DNA of 64,000 nucleotides from NCBI GenBank assembly GCA_964252035.1, contig OZ176200.1. The stretch is one strand, 5' to 3'. The notes under the pieces are model-generated. The model did no database searches. It had not been told where the DNA came from and was given only the letters and a program-made list of their open reading frames with translations. Position 1 is the first letter of the stretch, and each line of letters begins with the position of its first letter. Below, piece after piece: positions 14,136 to 28,460 of this stretch. The position numbers were made by a program, and so were the translations under genes. The stretch comes from Podarcis erhardii. Taxonomy: Eukaryota.

Positions 14136-17100
14136 TCCGATACTGCAGCAAAAAAAAAAAATTACGCACAGGCTGACCCTTCCCCATGAATGTATGAGCA
14201 ACAAGAGATACAGCAGTGGATTCACCAACAGGATAGACAATTCGTAAAATGTTTCTGCCACAACAAGGAGTGGAGGGGCAAGTTTTGAGTTCCTAAGAGA
14301 TTAAATCTGAGTACCCAATACCAAGTGCATAATATAATTCCCAGTGCTATAAAAATAATAAATTCCTCCATCCCTCCTAAGGTCTCAAGTTTCAATACTT
14401 CTACAAAATGAAGATCTAAAGCATATGTAGCTTATTCCATAATTCAACATGGTAATAGATGCTGCACCTGCCCAAATTCTTCCTCTGCACAACTAGTAAA
14501 GGTACAGGAACTCTGACATCTTCCTCACCATACATAGTCATAAATGCCCTACTCTCAGTGAATAATCTTGTGTAGCATATTGGCCTCACGTACTAATATG
14601 CCAATTCATAATGCTGAGAGCAAAACCAACTCATTTGTGGATAACTTTAATTGTGCAAACACGCACACAGATGACTAAATCTCAGAAGCAATGCTAGTGC
14701 CAAAACTGGAATGCTAACACAATATGCAAGAAATCTTTTTCCTGTTCCTCTTATGGCAAAAAAATAAGGAAAGAAAACTGGATTACATAATGGAAACAAT
14801 TCAGAATAAAAACCAAAAGGCATGGAAAAAAGGTATAGCTCAGAAGTAGTACGTTGGAGCTGAATCACAGGTCTTATGCTACTATGTTTGATGGCAGGAC
14901 AATATTCATGTGGTCAACCCTTGTCCCTCTGATCAAATCTGAAAGCTTAAGACAAGGCATGAGTGAGATGGTTCCCATATGTTTTTTAACAGGCTGATGT
15001 CAAGGTTGATGTGCAATGTCAATTTTATTTTTCTCAGATGAAATGTTGTACTTGACAATACTGGCTGCACAAAAGCCACATCTACAGCAGTATGGCGAAT
15101 AAGCATAGTGACATCTTATGACTCTGAATGGCCCATTAGTAAGAGATTTAGCTGCCATGGGCCTGGTTGTCCACTATGAAAATATGATGTGCCCATACAT
15201 ATGTAATGCATTATTTTTAAAAGACGACGTTCAAAGTATCTCCACTTGTTAATAAAATTAACTTCATAAATGGATCATTTTTGTCCTGGGAGTTTTAAGA
15301 GATTTAGTTCTTTTTTTCAGTTGTGGCAGGGGCTTCTTGTGTCTTTGACTGAGGGGGTGGGATTCCGTTACCATAACTAATGTACATTACCAGTTTCAGA
15401 ATTCTAATTGAGTTTAATACTGTTTCATGTTGCATTGAAGTACAAAATCAATACCATTTGTCCAGCAAAGAGGAAAAATGGAATCTATAAACTGCTCTTA
15501 TTGAGTAATTAAACACCTATTATTGTCATGAGTAGTGGAAAAAAATGAATTTGGTAAGATAAATTTTCACAAGAAAACACTGCAGTGATTAATACTTCCC
15601 CACGTATTAAATAAAAATGACTGCCTTTTGTACAGGACTGCTGGCAGAAGAACAGGAATGAGAGAAGTAGTTGCCAGTACCACAATAACAGGCTAACCTT
15701 GAACTGAACTCCTTTCCTCAAGAAATTAAATGCTATAGCAGGACGTTAAATCCCTCCACTTAGAGCTCATTTGTGTTCCGTGTAACCTGCAGTTCCTGAA
15801 GAAAAAACTCATTATCTTCAAAAGGAGAATCCTTTTATAATTTCTTTACAAATGTGCATATTGTTTCTCCAAAAAAGTATTTCACATTAGAAGGATAAGG
15901 GTATTAACAGCATAAGCAAGCAGAGGGAATAAAAGAGAGAGACTTGCATCATTAAGATACCTTTTCTGTTTCCTGGACATTCTAACACAGACTACGTAGT
16001 GTTACTGGGGGAAATGGGATGTGAATGGGGGTTAATAAAAGTGTACCTTCACAGCAAATTTTTAATCTGTCAGATTGATCTTAAAATACCTCGATCTCTT
16101 TGTTGCTCCATGCCTGTTTTCTGCGCGCACAAACACACACACACAGCCCCTCCCCCAACATTTATCCTGATGGCTGCCTTTACATCCCTATTTTTCTTTT
16201 CACTTTCAACGATGCACTAGGAACAACTATCAAGTACAAAAGATGAATCTAGGGATGCGACACTTGTAAAGGGTAACCCTTTTTCACAAGTGTGATGGGA
16301 CAAAAAAAAAAGGAAGGGGGGAAAAAGGCCACTGAAGCAATAACTGCTCACTGAATTACCATTAAATGGTAAGATTTATAATCCAATGTACAGTAAGTGC
16401 ATATCTAATGGAGTTTGTCCTTTGAAAGAATATAAAGTAGATCTGCAAGCATATGGATGTATACAGGCTAGCAGTCATTCCTTGCTCATTTTGTTCTTAA
16501 AATTTAGAAACAAAGAATCTGGCCATATTGTATATATGTAAACAACCCAAAGTTTATAACCCAGAGTATAGTTAATTGTGGTTATGTCCCACTGAAACAC
16601 ATGGAATTGTGCCCAGTGCTGCAAGTGTAAATTAAGGGAATTACGCATTTGTGCTGTATACTATGGCTTGCATTTTCCCATTTCACAATCCAAACAGATT
16701 CATTCTTCATAATGGGTAAAAAGGCAGCTTCATCATGACAAGTTAAAATTTCTCTCCACAGAAATCATTAATAAAATGAGAAGCAATAAATTCAGCATCT
16801 CACGTATTGTAAGCCAGAGTGAAGATTGATTCTTCTACCATACCCAAACCACCACACCCCATAGTAAAAATAGTAACAAAAACTCTACTGTTCTAGCAGA
16901 ATATCACTTGTAACATGAACTTTGTTGAGATATATGTTGAAGAAAGAATAGCAATGTGCATTCGCACGGAGTCATCAGGTCTGCTGGTTAACAGCACTGT
17001 AACACCAATATACTTTGCTCTCGTTCGTATCAGGAAGAAAGCAATAAAATGTCTTCACCTTGGACACAACTGACTAGGCACTACAGCAATTGCTAATCAT

Positions 17101-18198
17101 TTTGAATTTGTGAGAGGTTTCTGCACAAACCACATTGAAATTAGCTGAAGTTGCATGGCAGTGTGTGTCTGCTGGATTCCCTTCCTTGGAAAACAACATG
17201 GCAGTTTGAGAATTTCCTTCTTTCAGGCACTTGGAGGTTACAGAAGGATAAAAGATCAAACAAGCCCAGATATAAACATGCTCTTAATATTGGATTTTTT
17301 TCTTAAGGGACATTGCAAGACAATCTAAACGAAAAAACAAAGCTAGTCTTACTCTGTTTCCTTCTGGGTTCAAAGGTGGATGGGTTTGTTTGTTGTTTAA
17401 ACTCCAGCTTCTTTCAAATAGCAAAACTTGAAAATATTATCCTCAGAAAAGGAAAGGAAAAAATTGCAGCAAGCAACTTGGCTAATTTGCCTAAAATCAG
17501 AATTACTTTTAGAAGAATAACAAACAGTGCCTGCCTTGTACTTTAAAATCTTGCAGAATGAAGTTCAGCAAAAGGTGAAGTAGTGGAATTAGAAAGATAA
17601 GTGGCTGTGTCACTGGAGACTTCTGCATTGGCAGCATCCAAAAACATACCTAAACAAACAGGAGCACTTTTTCCTTCCATACGTTAGGTCTTTCTCTCAC
17701 CATCCACAGTGTAATTTTTAATTATTTGTTTTGTTGTTGCAAGTGTATTCTTAGGCTATGCACAAGCAGACAAAAACCTGGCATTATCTGAAATAGTTAA
17801 AAAGACCTTTTCTATGGTACAGCGAACCACAGAATTTCCAGCCGCTGAGGGAGGCCAGTTGACCACTTACATTCCCCCCCCCCAGCCCGGTGATAAAATT
17901 AATGGATTGTTTTGATTCATACAATACTTTTCATGCCTAACTGGGGGAAGCACACAGCTAGAATAAAGGAGGAGGAAGAACAATCATCCTGAAGAAACCA
18001 AGTTCAATGTAAAGGGAGCTAATTGCAAGATGATTGCATTCTGCAAAACAAGAGGTGCTTGTGGCATTACATACCATCACAAGGGCTAGGCTTTTCCACC
18101 CTGCTGCTGCCTCTAAACAAGCTGATTTGCTAACAAAGTGGTCAGCACTCGCTCAGCATCTCAGTAGGTCCACTGCCGGCTGCTTTCCCAAGCAGAGA

Positions 18199-18433
18199 NN
18201 NNNNNNNNNNNNNNNNNNNNNNNNNNNNNNNNNNNNNNNNNNNNNNNNNNNNNNNNNNNNNNNNNNNNNNNNNNNNNNNNNNNNNNNNNNNNNNNNNNNN
18301 NNNNNNNNNNNNNNNNNNNNNNNNNNNNNNNNNNNNNNNNNNNNNNNNNNNNNNNNNGGCAGCCAGCCAGCCAGCTTCATTCACCACACAAAACTCCATC
18401 AACATCACATTACAGTTGGAAAAAGAAAGGTGG

Positions 18434-18506
<73 letters not shown>

Positions 18507-21500
18507 CCAAAGCCTTGTAGTCCCAATCCCTGGCATGCTTACTTTCAAGAAAAATCTCACTAAAATGCTTTAAATCAAAGCTTCAAATTTGCTAGAGCTA
18601 GAAGGGATGGAGATGGATGGAAGGATTGGCAGCCAGAGAAGGGATGATGACACCACATTAGAATTATGCAATATATAGAAAGCATCTACAAGCTTTGACT
18701 ATGTGTAAACTGTTCCTTTTCATTTGTCACATCTATGCTATAACAAGCACTTGTGGGAACACTGCAGCCTGAAAGTATTTATTTGAAAAACAAAACAGAG
18801 TACATCTTTTTATATATATTAAAAAAAAACCCTTTTAAAAAGCCACAAGGCCTCAAGAGGTTGGTTGGTCCTTGTTGCACTGCAATAAAATTAAAATAGT
18901 TCACAACTTTCTCTAATGAATTTAAATATTACACTATTTAGATGAATAATGAACTTCGAATGTGTGAGCTATTAAAAAGCCATTAAAAACAACCACAAAA
19001 TGCATTAGTACATTTAAACCGCGTATTGTGTAAGGAAAAGAAAAACAAGTCTACAGTGAAATTATCTGCTTGTTTACTCAGAAGTAAGCTCCACAGATCT
19101 ACATGGAGCTCGCTTCCATTTGAGTGTTTATATATAGAATGGCAACCATACTTGATCAAGCGGGAGTCAAGTATCTATCTGATGCAGNNNNNNNNNNNNN
19201 NNNNNNNNNNNNNNNNNNNNNNNNNNNNNNNNNNNNNNNNNNNNNNNNNNNNNNNNNNNNNNNNNNNNNNNNNNNNNNNNNNNNNNNNNNNNNNNNNNNN
19301 NNNNNNNNNNNNNNNNNNNNNNNNNNNNNNNNNNNNNNNNNNNNNNNNNNNNNNNNNNNNNNNNNNNNNTGTTTACGAGAGATTTTGTTTTTACAAAATA
19401 GAATTACATAAATGCCCTTAAAATTAAATAAACCACAAGCTGACAGACTAGTAATAGCAACTCTCTTGCCATAGGTCTTCCATCCTTACATGAAGAAGCA
19501 ACCAACAAAAACAAGGGCAGTGTGAAAGCAGAGCACAAGAGCTCTTTTGTAAGCAAAATGTCAAATATCTTCTACATTTCCTGCCAGAAATCAGTTATCA
19601 GCCCAAGTGAAAATTGGGGGTGGGGTGCTTCTATTTAACTTCCCATAAAATACAATTTATTATAAAGGGGGAGAAACAGGGAGTTGGTGTGGCCAGAGAG
19701 AAAATAAGGAAATGTACAACTAAGCTGGTGCGATGGCTCAGTACTCCAGATCAGCAGTGCATTGACCCTCTGTATCTCTGAGTCATTAGCTAGAATCCCA
19801 GCTCTGCCTTCAAGAGTAGGGAATTGAACTCACACACTGATGTGGGGAGATTCAGGATCTTGAGCATGCCAGACAGAAGGGTCATTCTCCGTGATGAGGA
19901 GGACGGTTGCCCCCCTGGGGAGGGAAAAAACTGGATGAGTGATTGTCGCACGATTCAAGCAATGGACATGCTGCTGACTCAGGGATGGACACTGACAGGC
20001 ACCAATGCGTCAGGCCAGCTTGCTCCTAGTGGGAGTTGTTTTAGGGCACTAGTGCTGACAGGTACATGCAAAAGTCAAGGGGAAATAATATACATATACA
20101 TGGTGTGTGTTTTACATCTCTATTTATACACCAACAACAAGGACACACATACAATCAAGTCTATGTGAATGAGAGTAGAAGTGGAGCACTGGCTTCTTCT
20201 GTTTAGCACATACAAAGCTCATGTTAAGCATTCATCTGTAGTGTGTGCTTGTGTTTTTCCCCGCATTAGACATTTAAGTCTGACACCCTGGTATGCGTGC
20301 ATATATTATGCACACGTGTAATTTGCATATGTGTAGTATCATGCATAAATGACAGCCAATTTAAAATGCCATTCTCTAATTTATATGCAAATTCTACCTC
20401 TGATAAAATAAAAAAAACATATTTTAAAAGCAGCTTATAATGCTAACACATTATTCCCATGAATGATTCTCAGTAAACTACATATGCTGACTGCAGGGCT
20501 CTTTTTTATTATTAAATGATTTATTGGATAGAGAACGAACCCACTTAAACTACAGTGGTTCGCATGANNNNNNNNNNNNNNNNNNNNNNNNNNNNNNNNN
20601 NNNNNNNNNNNNNNNNNNNNNNNNNNNNNNNNNNNNNNNNNNNNNNNNNNNNNNNNNNNNNNNNNNNNNNNNNNNNNNNNNNNNNNNNNNNNNNNNNNNN
20701 NNNNNNNNNNNNNNNNNNNNNNNNNNNNNNNNNNNNNNNNNNNNNNNCACCAGGGAATTGTGTACTCCAACCTATTCCCAGTTTGCTTACAGATGCAAAT
20801 ATGCACTCCTCTCTTTTAACTACTAGAGTGTGGAGATGGAAGTTTACACAAACGACATCAGTTGTGTAAAAACAATGACGGGATTTTCAAAAGTTTTAAA
20901 GTGAAAGCTGATTTATACATTTGAATTGATGTGAATATAAAAGATAGAACACTTTCAGAAACACTGAAAAACCAAATCAATAGAATTACTATATCCGAAA
21001 CAGATCAATGAAGGGAAAATAATAGAAAATATTTCAAGCTAAAAGCCAAATATTTTTCAGAGAACTATCCTCACAGCCCTACAGATATAAATGTTTAGAC
21101 TGTGATCTTCTGCCCAGCTACACACAAACAGCCGCCTTCCTATGGAAATGTTTAAAAATACATTTCCAAAAGATCCATTTCTAAAAAGCTAAACGTGAAG
21201 TATAGGGGCCCAACTAAAACATAAACCCTATTTGGGTTGCAACTATTATTGTCTTTTATCATTTCTTTATTTCAGCCTGGATATCTGCATCTGAAATTTG
21301 TCAGAATTTATCCTAAAGCAAGTGCCCTCTCCTGTGTCTATCCAAGGAATACAAGTCTTGTCTCCTCACAATTAACAAACCTTGTCTGCTGCTGCATCTC
21401 TCTCTCCCCCCCCCCCCCCGGAATGAGCATAGGCTTAAAAAAAGAAAACCCCAACATATACTGTATTTGCTGCTAGGCACTTAAATAGTTGTCTCGTCCA

Positions 21501-23069
21501 TTTTAGTAGAACACTGTACTATCCATGAAGCAACGCTTTCCCACTCTCCATCACTGTATTACACAGAGTTAAATGCTGCAAGCCAGAATAAGGATCATCA
21601 AATGGTCTAAAAATGTATGCTACACAAAGGCCTTAAAACACACACACAGTTCAGATCCAGACTGGTATAGTCAATGCCCATGATATTATTACATAAAGGC
21701 TAAATAAGAATGTCTGCATTGCTAAACTGGATTGTGGAGATAAGTGTACGTAGCAAACGTGGGGGTTGGGAGGGGGGTATTCCACAGCGTATTTGCCTTA
21801 TTAAAAGCAACATATACAAGCAACATATACTAACAAGTGTATATTTAATGTCAGAATCATCTAAATTTTATGTTTCACTAAAGCGCAAACTGTTTAGTTC
21901 TTAAAATTATGAATAACAAATTATTTTTCTACTAGTAGTAGATCCAGTTAGACAAACAGCATCCTGAAGGACAATTCATTTCATAGAAAATATGCTGAGT
22001 GCTGAAGCAAATCATTTTTATTTACCTCAATGCTAAAAATAAAATTTCAACATCCCTGCCATTTTAATCAACTGTGTATCTAAGACAATCCTACACTTTC
22101 CATCCACGTCCGAGGCCCACATTAATCAGGTGTTAATTTTTTTAAAAAAAATATGCTCTAGCTGTTTGGAGTTCATTCAAGGTATTTCATTAGGAGCTTA
22201 TTTGTTGAAAATAAACGTTCCAGCCATATCAAGTTTAACCCTTAGTGAAATGTGAATGAATGCTTTAAATGAGAAGATNNNNNNNNNNNNNNNNNNNNNN
22301 NNNNNNNNNNNNNNNNNNNNNNNNNNNNNNNNNNNNNNNNNNNNNNNNNNNNNNNNNNNNNNNNNNNNNNNNNNNNNNNNNNNNNNNNNNNNNNNNNNNN
22401 NNNNNNNNNNNNNNNNNNNNNNNNNNNNNNNNNNNNNNNNNNNNNNNNNNNNNNNNNNNNNNNNNNNNNNNNNNNNNNNNNNNNNNNNNNNNNNNNNNNN
22501 NNNNNNNNNNNNNNNNNNNNNNNNNNNNNNNNNNNNNNNNNNNNNNNNNNNNNNNNNNNNNNNNNNNNNNNNNNNNNNNNNNNNNNNNNNNNNNNNNNNN
22601 NNNNNNNNNNNNNNNNNNNNNNNNNNNNNNNNNNNNNNNNNNGGGAAAACAGCACAGCTCAGAAGAAATGGGATTTGTTCCATTTGCATGATGCTGGCTC
22701 CCTTGGGCCCCTTTCTTTCAAATCCACAGCACAAAAGACAACACTTAACATATTTGCTTAAAGATGACAACCTCATGTTGATTTCATTTGGATGTAACAG
22801 TGTCAGGATTACAGATATGAGAATATATTATATCCGTAACAGAGACTGACAAATGTATCCATCAGTAGAACTGTCTGATTCATCTGCTTATACAGCCATT
22901 TTGCCATCCCAAGGGTTCCATCTAAGTAGNNNNNNNNNNNNNNNNNNNNNNNNNNNNNNNNNNNNNNNNNNNNNNNNNNNNNNNNNNNNNNNNNNNNNNN
23001 NNNNNNNNNNNNNNNNNNNNNNNNNNNNNNNNNNNNNNNNNNNNNNNNNNNNNNNNNNNNNNNNNNNNN
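18199..23069. other. Cluster of five N runs (18199-18357, 19188-19369, 20568-20747, 22279-22642, 22930-23069)
   Basis: Lengths 159, 182, 180, 364 and 140 bp; content unknown. Confidence 0.98.
18436..18505. repeat. (CT)n(GT)n compound microsatellite
   Basis: Direct reading. Confidence 0.95.
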
Positions 23070-25645
23070 TAGATCCCCCTGGACTCAATATATTGCTGGT
23101 TTTAAGCAACTTTCATTCTATACCATCAAAACTAAGATCAAAATAAACCAACAGCATATTTTTTAAAAAAACAAAAACAAATGTAGATTTTTTTAAAGTA
23201 CCCATTTTAAAATGTGTGCTTTAATCAAATTAAAAAAAATGTCACTCAATAAGTACATTAAGCTTACTTGGCCACTTAAAGGAATGTGTAGCACAATATC
23301 CCGGAATTCACACACCAGCATGTAAATATTTCCATAGTAGTAGTAACACATTATTGCATTGTACTCCCTTATATTTGGACTTCCAAAAGTGGTTTGTCTT
23401 TTTATTTTAAGGAATTCCTTGATGTGTATATATTTATATCTAAAAACAGACCAGCAACTAGTCTTTAAAGATGCACAATACTACAGAAATGTTGATGTCA
23501 ACAGACACGCACATGTCTCTGCGGCTCCCTTCTGCGTATGATTTTATAGATCAACCCCACCCCTTTCTGATGAAATTAAGCAGTTAGGTAATGGTTTCAC
23601 TCCATTTCAAAGTGCATTACTTTGAATTGTGTATAGGGGCTTGTTCGTTCTTTCGTTCGTTCTCTCTCTCTATCCCTCCCTCCCTCTCTTTCTTTCTCTC
23701 CCGCGCCACCCCCTCCCACTACACAAAGTGACTAGGCATAATGAAATGCTGGCTGCATGTCTTTGTCCAGAGGAACTCTAAACTGCTTGTTGCTATTTGC
23801 TGGCACACAAGAACTGCACCATAATTCACTAGATTGGAGCTGTTTTGTAAAATGGAGTTAACTGCTGTACGTGGAATTTCAGCCCTGCAGATGGTTACGA
23901 ATCATTATTTTCAATTTGTTTAGTTTCACATAAGGAAAGGAGTATGGGGAGGGGGAGCGAGATCAAAATATATGCCGAGATTGCAGGGTGGGGGGTTAGT
24001 GTACTGGTTTGCAGTAACACAGCATTAAAATAATCTAGTACAAAATACAAAACTCGTTAAAAAACGCTGAGTATATAACCCCACCTCCTCCTCTTCTTGC
24101 ATTTTTAAGAAGTTGTTCATTGATCAGAATATTCAGTCCTAAAATCTGGACCACATACAATTTTTGTTTGTTTTGTTTTGGAAATGGGATTGTAAGGTGT
24201 CTAAAAGCAAAGTCATTCTCTGTCACATTTGCCATCACTGAAGCCAAAATCATTCTATTCCATAAGTGGCTCAGTTGTCTGAGTGTAAATGGAACATAAA
24301 GCATTTATGGACAAGTGCATATGGACAGAAATTGAGCTGTAAATATATAGGCAGGGCAAATCTTGGAGCCTAGAAACATCTGGGGCTGAAACACAAGATG
24401 TGAGACTTATTCTGAAAGTGGCCACTTAATTGCACAGTTGATTTATACACTTGCTGTTTCGATTAAACAGAATATTAGAAATTTCCTGAAGAGAAATACA
24501 GAAAGTGAATGCTTTAGTAAGGATGATTATGTTTCGATCTCATTGCAGAATAGGTGAAGGGGGGGGGGAAATGGCACTCTCTCTAACACTTCTTTAGAAA
24601 ACAAATGAAGCATTTCTACTTCAAGGACAAACACTTAAAAGCTTTTCTAAATTCAAACCAAAAGCATTATTCTACAAAAGGTGCAGCCACCAAGCTTCAG
24701 TGTTTGAGAGTATCCTTAAAGCATACTTTGAGCAGTTAAATGATTAAATAGCTTCACTTTTTAAAAAAAATCTACATTTGATTATGTTGTGCAAAAGGCA
24801 TCAACAGAATTAATGCAGTTATCAGCATACTTATTAGTATTTCATTCTGGAGAGTTGATTCATTTGATTCTGGTGCCACATTATCACAGCTGCCATCAGA
24901 GGCATTCAGACATGCCTTCTTCTTAAGCAGTATTAAGGGGGCCATGAAGACCCTCTTGGTTCGAAAAGCCTCTGCCCTTCTTCACGGCAAAAGAGCCTAA
25001 AAAGAAAAGCTGTAAAAGCCATCTATTCAATAGGATAGCTTAGAAAGATTAAGGGTTTGGGCTTTTAGGCAAGGGTGGTATATACTGTCAATCATCCACT
25101 GGGTTGAAGCTTAATTTTCTCACTGGATTATATTTTCGGATTTAGCAATTAAAATATTGCCAAAGCAGTATAAGATTACATGAACTGCTTGCTGGACCAG
25201 AAGAAAGGTCCTTTTAGCATTCTTGGCTCCAACTGTGGCTAACCAGATGCTCCAAGGATACTCATGAAGGCATGTTGGAAAGAGCTGTGTATTGATGTCG
25301 TCGTCCCCCGTCCCCGCCCCCCCCGCATATACTGCCTCTGAAATATGAATATCTAATTCTTGGCTCTTATGCTGACAGCTAGGTCTATCCTCCATGAATT
25401 TCCCTTACTCTCTTCAAAAGCAGGTTAGCAGCAAGCACCATTCATGTGGCAGGGAGTTCTGTAAGTTAAGTGGAAGTAATTTATTTTGTTTCTCCTGAAC
25501 CTACTGCTAATAACTGATTTTGATGGCCCTAAATTTTGTAGATTGCAAGAGAAAATCTGAAACCATGACAGAAGTAATCATGACATTTCAAATCAACTGT
25601 ATAGTGAAGCAATCACAATTCTTATTCCTAGCACTCTGTTTACAG

Positions 25646-25769
25646 CAGGGATGGGGACCTGTATGGTGTTACGTTTCCCAATTCGTATCAGTCCCAGCCA
25701 CTGTGGCCAATAGTCAGAGGTGTTTCCTGGCCTTGAAACATCTAGAGGGGACCAGTTTTTCCACTTCTG
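25646..25769. mobile_element. Decayed hAT MITE
   Basis: Starts cagggatgggga, ends ccacttctg. Degenerate 8-bp TSD gtttacag / aattaaag with central TA. Confidence 0.55.
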
Positions 25770-28460
25770 AATTAAAGGAGGCTATTTGAAGAACGTGTAA
25801 GTCTAACAGAAATGGTGTAGAAATAACCTTCTGACTTGAGTAATACCAAGTCAGCAAAATGTCATGTGGCAAGCTTCTGAGTTTTCCAGAACTTTTCATC
25901 AGGAAAGACACAAAACAAAGGTTGAGGGACAAGAAAATTTTGGCTAGATGTTGTAGCCATGAGGCCAGCTTGTAAAAGTACTACCAGATACTACAGATAT
26001 TAGGTTACACACCTTAGGGTCAACCTCTCTTCAGGAAAGAAACAATACCAATAATTATTTGTGATCCCAAGAACTCATCTCCTAGGAAGGAATGAAACCT
26101 TCATATTCAAAAGGAAGTATGGCCCTACTCAGGCATTTGATTGAATATATGTGGGCCTAAAGTGGATTGGGGTTGGGACATGCATGCAAGTTCCACCACT
26201 AACATAACATATCTATGTATGCCGGCTCCACTTTCAGCCTTCATGTGTTAAGCATGAAGATATATCCATTTGCTCAATACGTGAAGGTCAGAAGTGGAGC
26301 CAGCACATGCAAGGGTGTTGGGCTTGCCTGTGTGCCTCCAACCCTCTCTACTGTGGAATACCTGAGTGGGGCTTAGATGCAGTGGGGGGGGGGGTGAGGA
26401 AATCTTTCTCCACAAGGCCAAGTCAATAGGTTTATGGTGCTCATTCTGGAGAGCAAGTACCATTGCTTTCTTATGACACAATGCCATCCCAACACCCATA
26501 GTTTCTGCTCATAATTGCCGATAACATTTCAAAGCCCAATACTTAGCTTAACTACTCACTTTTAGGAGAGGTACACAAGACTGCAAAGGAGTGGCTGTAG
26601 TGTGACTCACTTGTTAAGTGAGTGTATGAGATACAAACACAGCTGCACACATATGCTGATTGCCCAGGGGGTGGGGAGAGATCTTCATCCCTTAGGTAAG
26701 TATTTCTGAACTTTTTGAATACACCCCTCCCCTTCTATACTCCTATACCAGTCATTTGGTGTCCTATGTGCAGACATCTCTGAATGAAGTTGTGTGCACA
26801 TAGCCTGCTCCAGAACATGATTCTCTGCAGACTGAGAAGGTAGAGCCACTGCAGCATTGGAAGGAGAATAGAGTAAGAGATCTGATCCCTCCCTATAAAA
26901 ACCAAGCATTGAGAAAGATAAGCATGAAGCAGGAGTTCTTTCTATTCTCCTTTCTTCTCAGCTCACATTAGAACTATGGATTTAAACTCAACATATTTCC
27001 AATATGAATCCATCATTATTTTGCTTGTGGCATAAAACTTTTTCACCAGACACAAAATATACACCTTTGGATATTTCCAACCAAAGTTCAACTGGAAGAA
27101 CATGGTCATATGAACAAAACACTTATCAATGGTGTGTTTATCAAATGATACGGATGGTGTATTATATAGTCAGAGTAAGGCTACGTCTACCAAACTGAAA
27201 ATAACTGATCAGTGAACTGAAACTTTCCTTCCATCGTCGCTCTTACTCATCTCCTACTCCACCCCCTGGAAGCTCTCCATAGTTTACTTACCAACCTGTG
27301 CAGGTCTACTTCAGCTGAGCTTTTCAGGATGCTTGTGTACCATTCCTTTCCTAAGAGAGTATGGAATGTTGCCTTATGCAGAACACCCCAGCAAAATCAC
27401 CATCCTTTCTTTTAATGCATCCCTGTCTATATTTATGCACATCATGGTGACCTAGAAGAGGCCAGAACAGAGCAGGCTTATGCATGTTCCACAATCATAC
27501 ATGATGACCCAGAACACAACCCCCGTGCAAATGGGTTGCCTGTACTAGGAATTCACTTAGTAAATCCATACCTTCCAAAAATTCAGATGAGTAGGTAATA
27601 GTTTGAAAAGAAAAGATTAACTCTGTGAAGACATACCCATCTCCTTAGATGTGGCAAGAGGAGTCAGTTCTGGAAGCTATACTAAAATGCATGCCTAAAT
27701 AGTACCAGAACAAACAATAAAGTAAAAAAAAAGGTACAAAACAACTAGACCAAGAGCAAACTCTTCACTCAGAATATGTAACCAAAGTTGGCAAAGAAGT
27801 GTTCTAAATGTTATTAGACTGACAACAGTGACATATCAAAGCTAAAAAATGCCATGTACTAATGTAGTGTTAATGAACTTAAACTAGTTTTAAATTGCAA
27901 CCTGTAAACAATGATCATAAGCCAGTTGTAGGAAGCCCCTCCCCTTTTCATCCTCCACTACCAGACTGATACCTTATGGGTTCATCTTTCCAGTCTCACG
28001 TTGGTGACATTTGTAAACTAGTGGAAGCAGACCCAATTCATAGATTATCAGCAGCACTGGTTTTCTAGTAGAGTTTGAAGGAAGTAATTATGTGAACAGG
28101 AATGGCAACACAATTTCTTCTAAACCAAAGTAATCCGTTTCCAGCTAAACAAAGTAACCACATCACATGCACACACCGTTGTTCTTATACAGTATTACTG
28201 GAACTGCATAGAAACAGTGCAGCTAACATATAAATTTGTGTATACCTTCTGGGATAGATAGAAAAAAAGAACACCCTACTATCAATTCAGAATACTTAAG
28301 AGGACTCTACAGGTCAAATATTTTGCATGTTGAGAGCTGAATATGATAAATTATACGGGAAAAGTCTGAACGGTTGCTTTCAAGTAACTGTCACAGTAGA
28401 TCTCCTTATTCTCTCAGATTACAGCAATGGCAAACACATACTGCATCTCTGGGTTTAATT

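Noticed and set aside
18034-23146. ORFs spanning N runs (X-filled), and the idea that N runs are masked coding exons
   Set aside because: Ns hide stops. Edges lack consistent AG/GT context on either strand, and as I recall FIGN has no coding exons here.
27280-27300. Strong minus-strand donor TTG|GTAAGT, and similar isolated donors at ~35570 and ~42293
   Set aside because: No convincing paired acceptor at exon-like distance; expected by chance in a 45-kb intron.
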